DNA of 64,000 nt, taken from the NCBI GenBank assembly GCA_964016885.1, contig OZ024747.1:45942001-46006000 (forward strand). Direction: 5' to 3'. The first letter of the stretch is position 1. The number at the start of each line of letters is the position of its first letter. Origin of the DNA: Eledone cirrhosa. Its lineage: Eukaryota. The translations under genes and the position numbers were made by a program. The notes beneath the pieces are model-generated. The model worked only from the letters and a program-made list of their open reading frames with translations, did not search any database and was not told the DNA's origin. Shown here piece by piece: positions 55,719 to 64,000 of the stretch.

Positions 55719-58700
55719 TAGTGGTGGTGGTGTTGGTGGTGTTGGTGGTGGCGTTGGTGGTGTTGGTGGTGGTGTTGGTGGCGTTGGTGGTGTTGGTGGT
55801 GTTGGTGGCGTTGGTGGTGTTGGTGGTGTTGGTGGTGTTGGTGGTGTTGGTGGCGTTGGTGGTGTTGGTGGTGGCGTTGGTGTTGGTGGTGTTGGTGGTG
55901 TTGGGGGGTGTTGGTGGTGTTGGTGGTGTTGGTGGCGTTGGTGGTGTTGGGGGTGTTGGGGGGTGTTGGTGGTGTTGGTGGTGGCGTTGGTGGTGTTTGT
56001 GGTGTTGGTGGTGGTGTTGGTGGTGGTGTTGGTGGCGTTGGTGGTGTTGGTGGTGGTGGTGGCGTTGGTGTTGGTGGTGTTGGTGGTGTTGGGGGGTGTT
56101 GGTGGTGTTGGTGGTGTTGGTGGTGTTGGTGGTGTTGGTGGCGTTGGTGGTGTTGGTGGTGTTGGTGGTGTTGGTGGTGGCGTTGGTGTTGGTGGTGTTG
56201 GTGGTGTTGGGGGGTGTTGGTGGTGTTGGTGGTGTTGGTGGTGTTGGTGGTGTTGGTGGTGTTGGTGGTGTTGGAGGTGTTGGTGGTGTTGGTGGTGGTG
56301 GTGGCGTTGGTAGTTTTGGTGGTGATGGTGGTGTTGGTGGTGTTGGTGGTGTTGGTGGTGTTGGTGGTGTTGGGGGGTGTTGGTGGTGTTGGTGGTGGCG
56401 TTGGTGGTGTTTGTGGTGTTGGTGGTGGTGTTGGTGGTGGTGTTGGTGGCGTTGGTGGTGTTGGTGGTGTTGGTGGTGGCGTTGGTGTTGTTGGTGTTGG
56501 TGGTGTTGGTGGTGTTGGAGGTGTTGGTGGTGTTGGTGGTGTTGGTGGTGTTGGTGGTGGTGTTGGTGGCGTTGGTGGTGTTGGTGGTGTTGGTGGTGTT
56601 GGAGGTGTTGGTGGTGTTGGAGGTGGCGTTGGTGGTCTTGGTGGTGTTGGAGGTGGCGTTGGTGGTGTTGGTGGTGGCGTTGGTGGTGTTGGTGGTGGCG
56701 TTGGTGGTGTTGGTAGTGTTGGTGGTGATGGTGGTGTTGGTGGTGTTGGTGGTGTTGGTGGTGGCGTTGGTGGTGTTGGTGGTGTTGGTGGTGGCGTTGG
56801 TGGTGTTGGTGGTGTTGTTGGTGGTGTTGGTGGTGGTGTTGGTGGCGTTGGTGGTGTTGGTGGTGTTGGTGGCGTTGGTAGTTTTGGTGGTGATGGTGGT
56901 GTTGGTGGTGTTGGTGGTGTTGGTGGTGGCGTTGGTGGTGTTGGTGGTGGCGTTGGTGGTGTTGGTGGTGTTGTTGGTGGTGTTGGTGGTGGTGTTGGTG
57001 GCGTTGGTGGTGTTGGTGGTGTTGGTGGCGTTGGTAGTTTTGGTGGTGATGGTGGTGTTGGTGGTGGTGGTGGTGTTGGTGGTGTTGGTGGTGGCGTTGG
57101 TGGTGTTGGTGGTGTTGGTGGTGGCGTTGGTGGTGTTGGTGGTGTTGTTGGTGGTGTTGGTGGTGGTGTTGGTGGCGTTGGTGGTGTTGGTGGTGTTGGT
57201 GGCGTTGGTAGTTTTGGTGGTGATGGTGGTGTTGGTGGTGTTGGTGGTGTTGGTGGTGGCGTTGGTGGTGTTGGTGGTGGCGTTGGTGGTGTTGGTGGTG
57301 TTGTTGGTGGTGTTGGTGGTGGTGTTGGTGGCGTTGGTGGTGTTGGTGGTGTTGGTGGCGTTGGTAGTTTTGGTGGTGATGGTGGTGTTGGTGGTGGTGG
57401 TGGTGTTGGTGGTGTTGGTGGTGGCGTTGGTGGTGTTGGTGGTGTTGGTGGTGGCGTTGGTGGTGTTGGTGGTGTTGTTGGTGGTGTTGGTGGTGGTGTT
57501 GGTGGCGTTGGTAGTGTTGGTGGTGTTGGTGGTGGCGTTGGTGGTGTTGGTGGTGGTGTTGGTGGTGTTAGTGGTGGTGTTGGTGGCGTTGGTGGTGTTG
57601 GTGGTGTTGGTGGTGTTGGTGGTGGTTTTGGTGGCGTTGGTAGTTTTGGTGGTGATGGTGGTGTTGGTGGTGTTGGTGGTGTTGGTGGTGTTGGTGGTGT
57701 TGGTGATGTTGGTGGTGTTGGTGGTGTTGGTGGTGATGGTGGTGATGATGGTGTTGGTGGTGTTGGTGGTGTTGGTGGTGTTGGTGGTGTTGGTGGTGTT
57801 GGTGGTGATGGTGGTGTTGGTGGTGTTGGTGGTGTTGGTGGTGTTGGTGATGTTGGTGGTGTTGGTGGTGATGGTGGTGTTGGTGGTGTTGGTGGTGGCG
57901 TTGGTGGGGTTGGTGGTGTTGGTGGTGTTGGTGGTGGCGTTGGTGGCGTTGGTGGTGTTGGTGGTGTTGGTGGTGTTGGTGGTGTTGGTGGTGGCGTTGG
58001 TGGTGTTGGTGGTGTTGGTGGTGTTGGTGGCGATGTTGGTGATGATGGTGTTGGTGGTGTTGGTGGTGTTGGTGGTGTTGGTGGTGTTGGTGGTGGCGTT
58101 GGTGGTGGCGTTGGTGGTGTTGGTGGTGTTGGTGGTGTTGGTGGTGTTGGTGGCGATGTTGGTGATGATGGTGTTGGTGGTGTTGGTGGTGGTGTTGGTG
58201 GCGTTGGTGGCGTTGGTGGTGTTGGTGGTGTTGGTGGTGTTGGTGGTGATGGTGGTGATGATGGTGTTGGTGGTGTTGGTGGTGGTGTTGGTGGCGTTGG
58301 TGGCGTTTGGAAGTGTTGGTGGTGTTGGTGATGTTGGTGGTGTTGGTGGTGTTGGTGGTGTTGGTGGTGTTGGTGGTGATGGTGGTGATGATGGTGTTGG
58401 TGGTGTTGGTGGTGGTGTTGGTGGCGTTGGTGGCGTTGGTGGTGTTGGTGGTGTTGGTGGTGTTGGTGATGTTGGTGGTGTTGGTGGTGTTGGTGGTGTT
58501 GGTGGTGTTGGTGGTGATGATGGTGTTGGTGGTGTTGGTGGTGGTGTTGGTGGCGTTGGTGGCGTTGGTGGTGTTGGTGGTGTTGGTGGTGTTGGTGGTG
58601 TTGGTGGTGTTGGTGGTGTTGGTGGTGTTGGTGGTGTTGGTGGTGGTGTTGGTGGCGTTGGTGGCGTTGGTGGTGTTGGTGGTGTTGGTGGTGTTGGTGG

Positions 58701-60772
58701 TGATGGTGGTGATGATGGTGTTGGTGGTGTTGGTGGTGGTGTTGGTGGCGTTGGTGGCGTTGGTGGTGTTGGTGGTGTTGGTGGTGTTGGTGGTGTTGGT
58801 GGTGATGGTGGTGTTGGTGGTGTTGTTGGTGGTGTTGGTGGTGTTGGTGGTGATGGTGGTGATGATGGTGTTGGTGGTGTTGGTGGTGGTGTTGGTGGCG
58901 TTGGTGGCGTTGGTGGTGTTGGTGGTGTTGGTGGTGTTGGTGGTGTTGGTGGTGTTGGTGGTGTTGGTGGTGTTGGTGGTGATGGTGGTGATGATGGTGT
59001 TGGTGGTGTTGGTGGTGGTGTTGGTGATGTTGGTGGTGATGGTGGTGATGATGGTGTTGGTGGTGTTGGTGGTGTTGGTGGTGTTGGTGGTGTTGGTGGT
59101 GGTGGTGTTGGTGGTGGTGTTGGTGTTGGTGGTGTTGGTGGCGTTGGTGGTGTTGGTGGTGTTGGTGGTGTTGGTGGTGTTGGTAGTTTTGGTGGTGATG
59201 GTGGTGATTGTGGTGATGATGGTGTTGGTGGTGTTGGTGGTGTTGGTGGTGTTGGTGGTGTTGGTGGTGTTGGTGGTGATGGTGGTGTTGGTGGTGGTGT
59301 TGGGGGCGTTGGTGGTGTTAGTGGTGTTGGTGGCGTTGGTGGTGTTGGTGGTGTTGGTGGTGTTGGTGGTAGTGGTGGTGTTGGTGTTGTTGGTGGTAGT
59401 GGTGGTGTTGGTGGTAGTGTTGGTGGTGGTGCTGGTAGTGTTGGTGGTAGTGGTGGTGTTGGTGGTGTTGGTGGTGTTGGTAGTTTTGGTGGTGATGGTG
59501 GTGATGATGATGTTGGTGGTGTTGGTGGTTGTGTTGGTGGCGTTGGTGGTGTTTGTGGTGTTGGTGGTGTTGGTGGTGTTGTTGGTGGTGTTGGTGGCGT
59601 TGGTGGTGTTGGTGGTGTTGGTGGTGTTGGTAGTTTTGGTGGTGATGGTGGTGATGGTGGTGTTGGTGGTGTTATTGGTGTTGGTGGTGGTGAGGGTGGC
59701 GTTGGTGATGTTGTTGGTGGTGGTGGTGGTGGTGGTGGTGGTGGTGGTGGTGGTGGTGGTGGTGGTCGTGGTGGTGGTGGTGGTGTTGGTGGCGTTGGTG
59801 GTGTTGGTGGTGTTGGTAGTTTTGGTGGTGATGGTGGTGATGGTGGTGTTGGTGGTGTTGGTGGTGTTGGTGGTGATGATGGTGTTGGTGGTGTTGGTGG
59901 TGTTGGTGGTGTTGGTGGTGTTGGTGGTGTTGGTGGTGATGATGGTGTTGGTGGTGTTGGTGGTGTTGGTGGTGTTGGTGGTGTTGGTGGTGTTGGTGGT
60001 GTTGGTGGTGGCGTTGGTGGTGTTGATGGCGATGGCGGGATGATAGTTTTCATGGTGTAGTTGGTGTTGGTGGTTTTGGTGGTGTTGGTGGTGTTGGTGG
60101 TGTTGGTGGTGGTGGTGGTGGCGTTGGTGATGGTGGTGTTTGTGGTGTTGGTGGTGTTGGTGGTGTTGGTAGTGTTGGTGGTGTCGGTGGTGTTGGTGGT
60201 GTTGGCGGTGTTGGTGGTGTTGGTGGTGTTGCTGGTGATGGTGGTGTTTGTGGTGTTGGTGGTGTTGGTGGTGTTGGTGGTGGTGTTGGTGGCGTTGGTA
60301 GTTTTGGTGGTGATGGTGGTGTTGGTGGTGATGGTGGTGTTGGTGGTGTTGGTGGTGTTGGTGGTGTTGGTGGTGTTGGTGGTGATGGTGGTGTTGGTGG
60401 TGGTGTTGGGGGCGTTGGTAGTTTTGGTGGTGATGGTGGTGTTGGTGGTGATGGTGGTGTTGGTGGTGTTGGTGGTGTTGGTGGTGTTGGTGGTGTTGGT
60501 GGTGATGGTGGTGTTGGTGGTGGTGTTGGGGGCGTTGGTGGTGTTAGTGGTGTTGGTGGTGTTGGTGGTGTTGGTGGTAGTGGTGGTGTTGGTGGTAGTG
60601 TTGGTGGTGGTGGTGGTAGTGTTGGTGGTAGTGGTGGTGTTGGTGGTAGTGTTGGTGGTGGTGGTGTTGGTGGTGGTGGTGGTAGTGTTGGTGGTGGTGG
60701 TGGTGGCGGTGGTAATGTTGGTGGTGTCAGTGGTGTTGGTGGTGTTGGTGGTGGTGGTGTTGGTGGTGCTAG
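55719..60772. repeat. 5-kb (GGTGGTGTT)n compound satellite
   Basis: 9-bp unit built from GGT/GTT triplets, with GGC/GAT/AGT variants and local higher-order duplication. Confidence 0.95.
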
Positions 60773-60903
60773 TGATTTTCTGTTGTTAATGATGAGATTG
60801 ATAATTTTGATGGCAACAAGAGAGGCAATGACTAAGAAATTAAAATGATGCATATACATATAAACACACACACACGCACACACACACACATATGTATATA
60901 TAC

Positions 60904-61000
<97 letters not shown>

Positions 61001-61010
61001 CATATATACA

Positions 61011-61041
<31 letters not shown>

Positions 61042-61329
61042 GTGTATATATATACATATCTATATCTATATATACATTTATATATATATGTATGTATATA
61101 TATACATATATATACATATATATCTATATATGTATGTATATATATATACATATATATATATAGACTGAGTGCGTGAAATGTTTGAGAACATGGCTCCATC
61201 ATGTTAAGGGGTGGGGAAAGATGTTAAAAAGACAATTGAAATGATTGTTTGAAGCTATTTCTATTGATAAATATGTGATAGTGTTGTTGTTTTTGTTATA
61301 GTATTGATATTGTTGAAGGAGATGATAAT

Positions 61330-63720
61330 GATGGTAGTGTTGGTGTTGGTGGTGGTGGTGGTAGTGTTGGTGTTGGTGGTGGTGGTGGTGTTGGTGGTAG
61401 TGGTTGTGGTGGTGGTGTTGGTGGTGTTGGTGGTAGTGTTGGTGTTGGTGGTCGTGGTGGTAGTGGTGGTGTTGGTGGTAGTGTTGGTGGTGGTGGTGGT
61501 GTTGGTGGTATTGGTGGTAGTGTTGGTGGTGGTGGTGGTGGTGGTGTTGGTGGTGGTGGTGGTAGTGTTGGTGGTGTTGGTGGTAGTGTTGGTGTTGGTG
61601 GTCGTGGTGGTAGTGGTGGTGTTGGTGGTAGTGTTGGTGGTGGTGGTGGTGTTGGTGGTATTGGTGGTAGTGTTGGTGGTGGTGGTGGTGGTGGTGTTGG
61701 TGGTGGTGGTGGTAGTGTTGGTGGTGTTGGTGGTAGTGTTGGTGTTGGTGGTGGTGGTGGTAGTGGTGGTGTTGGTGGTAGTGTTGGTGGTGGTGGTGGT
61801 GTTAGTGGTGGTGGTGGTGGTAGTGTTGGTGGTGGTCGTGGTGGTGGTGGTGTTGGTGGTGGTGGTGGTGGTGGTGTTGGTGTTGGTGGTGTTGGTGGTG
61901 GTGGTGGTAGTGTTGGTGGTGGTCGTGGTGGTGGTGGTGGTGGTGGTGGTAGTGGTGTTGGTGGTGTTGGTGGTGGTGGTGGTAGTGTTGGTGGTGGTGG
62001 TGGTGTTGGTGGTGGTGGTGGTGGTAGTGTTGGTGGTGGTCGTGGTGTTGGTGGTGTTGGTGGTGGTGGTGGTGGTGGTGTTGGTGTTGGTGGTGGTGGT
62101 GGTGGTGGTGGTAGTGTTGGTGGTGGTCGTGGTGGTGGTGGTGGTGGTGGTGGTGGTAGTGGTGTTGGTGGTGGTGGTGGTGGTGGTGGTAGTGTTGGTG
62201 GTGGTCGTTGTGGTGGTGGTGTTGGTGGTGGTGGTGGTGGTGGTGGTGTTGGGGGTGTTGGTGGTGGTCGTGGTAGTGTTGGTGGTGGTCGTGGTGGTGG
62301 TGGTGGTGTTGGTGGTGGTGGTGGTAGTGTTGGTGGTGGTCGTGGTGGTGTTGGTGGTGGTGGTGGTGGTGGTGGTGGTGGTGGTGGTGTTGGTGTTGGT
62401 GGTGTTGGTGGTGGTGGTGGTAGTGTTGGTGGTGGTCGTGGTGGTGGTGGTGTTGTTGTTGGTGGTGGTGGTGTTGGTGGTGTTGGTGGTGGTGGTGGTG
62501 GTGGTGTTGGTGTTGGTGGTGTTGGTGGTGGTGGTGGTAGTGTTGGTGGTGGTCGTGGTGGTGGTGGTGGTGGTGGTGGTGGTAGTGGTGTTGGTGGTGT
62601 TGGTGGTGGTGGTGGTAGTGTTGGTGGTGGTCGTGGTGGTGGTGTTGGTGGTGGTGGTGGTGGTGGTGGTGTTGGGGGTGTTGGTGGGGGTGGTGGTAGT
62701 GTTGGTGGTGGTCGTGGTGGTGGTGGTGGTGTTGGTGGTGGTGGTGGTAGTGTTGGTGGTGGTCGTGGTGGTGTTGGTGGTGGTGGTGGTGGTGGTGGTG
62801 GTGGTGTTGGTGGTGGTGGTGTTGGTGGTGTTGGTGGTGGTGGTGGCAGTGTTGGTGGTGGTCGTGGTGGTGGTGGTGGTGTTGTTGTTGGTGGTGGTGG
62901 TGTTGGTGGTGTTGGTGGTGGTGGTGGTAGTGTTGGTGGTGATCGTGGTGGTGGTGGTGTTGGTGGTGGTGGTGGTGGTGGCGGTGTTGGTGGTGGTGGT
63001 GGTGGTGGTGGTGTTGGTGGTGTTGGTGGTGGTGGTGGTAGTGTTGGTGGTGGTGGTGTTGTGTTTTGATGGTGGTGGTGTTGGTAGTGTTGGTGTTGGT
63101 GGTGGTGGTGGTGGTGTTGGTAGTGTTAGTGTTGGTGGTGGTGTAGTATTGGTGTTGGCGGTGTTGTTTTGATGGTGGTGGTGTTGTGTTGATGGTGGTC
63201 GTGATGGTGTTGGTGGTGTTGTGTTGATGATGGTGGTGATGGTGTTGGTGGTGTTGTGTTGATGGTGGTGGTGATGGTGTTGGTGGTGTTGTGTTGATGG
63301 TGGTGGTGATGGTGGTGGTGGTGTTGTGTTGATGGTGGTGGTGATGGTTTTGTATTGATGGTGGTGGTGATTGTGTTGGTGGTGTTGTGTTGATGGTGGT
63401 TGTGATGGTGTTGGTCGTGTTGTGTTGATGGTGGTGGTGATGGTGTTGGTGGCGTTGTGTTGATTGTGGTGGTGATGGTGGTGGTGGTGTTGTGTTGATG
63501 GTGGTGGTGATTGTGTTGGTGGTGTTGTGTTGATGGTGGTGGTGATGGTGTTGGTGGTGTTGTGTTGATGGTGGTGGTAGTGTTGGTGAGGGGGGGGGGG
63601 GGTAGCGGCGGTAGGGTTGGTGATGGTGGTGGTGGCGGTGGTAGTGGCAGTGATGATGTTTGTCATAGTGTTGGCGATTGTAGAGTTGGTGTTGGTGGGT
63701 ATGGTGTTTGTGGTGATGGG
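61330..63720. repeat. 2.4-kb (GGT)n-rich compound satellite
   Basis: GGT runs broken by GTT/GTA/GTC. A ~35-bp subunit GTGTTGTGTTGATGGTGGT... at 63170-63580. Confidence 0.95.
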
Positions 63721-64000
63721 GTGCTGAGATTGGGCGTTGAGGGTGGAGGTGATGCGACATAAAAAGACATTTGAATGAAACATAGTCACATTGATTGAGG
63801 ACGCTTGAAAAGACAATAGACTGAGAAGCTTTGAAACTATGCCGTGCCGATTGAAAATGCAGCAAACGATGATTGCATTAATTATGGAAGGTTAGAAACA
63901 CAATAGTATCAAATAAAAACGTTAAAACCCAGTCTAGAATTTGCTGTAAATATGACCATATCAATAGTGAATATTAAACATATAATATTAAATACATAAT

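Noticed and set aside
55589-63865. Very long ORFs (up to 1449 aa; PT-, TN-, V-, G- and H-rich)
   Set aside because: Open in several frames on both strands because GGT/GTT repeats lack stops. Composition switches at frameshifts, and there are no signal peptides or domains.

Overview
AT-rich, microsatellite-dense eukaryotic DNA. The tRNA-derived SINE family suggests an octopus (inference). I found no supportable host protein-coding gene; the long ORFs are translations of simple repeats. The window holds many SINEs, RTE, CR1 and R4/Dong-like LINE fragments, several Penelope-like (GIY-YIG) retroelement remnants, and 36-, 28-, 18- and 9-bp tandem arrays. The main result is about 20 type I hammerhead ribozyme (HHR) motifs, identified by eye, in several families. 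Some lie in Penelope 3' UTRs. Others lie in ORF-less ~420, ~595 and ~660 bp monomers arranged as a partial tandem plus an inverted copy (retrozyme-like, probably non-autonomous Penelope derivatives). Most have palindromic stem/loop III and covarying stems. Several have non-standard cores: a U3-A8 swap, U4C plus an extra A, or a U.U closing pair. Coordinates are hand-counted and ribozyme activity is untested.
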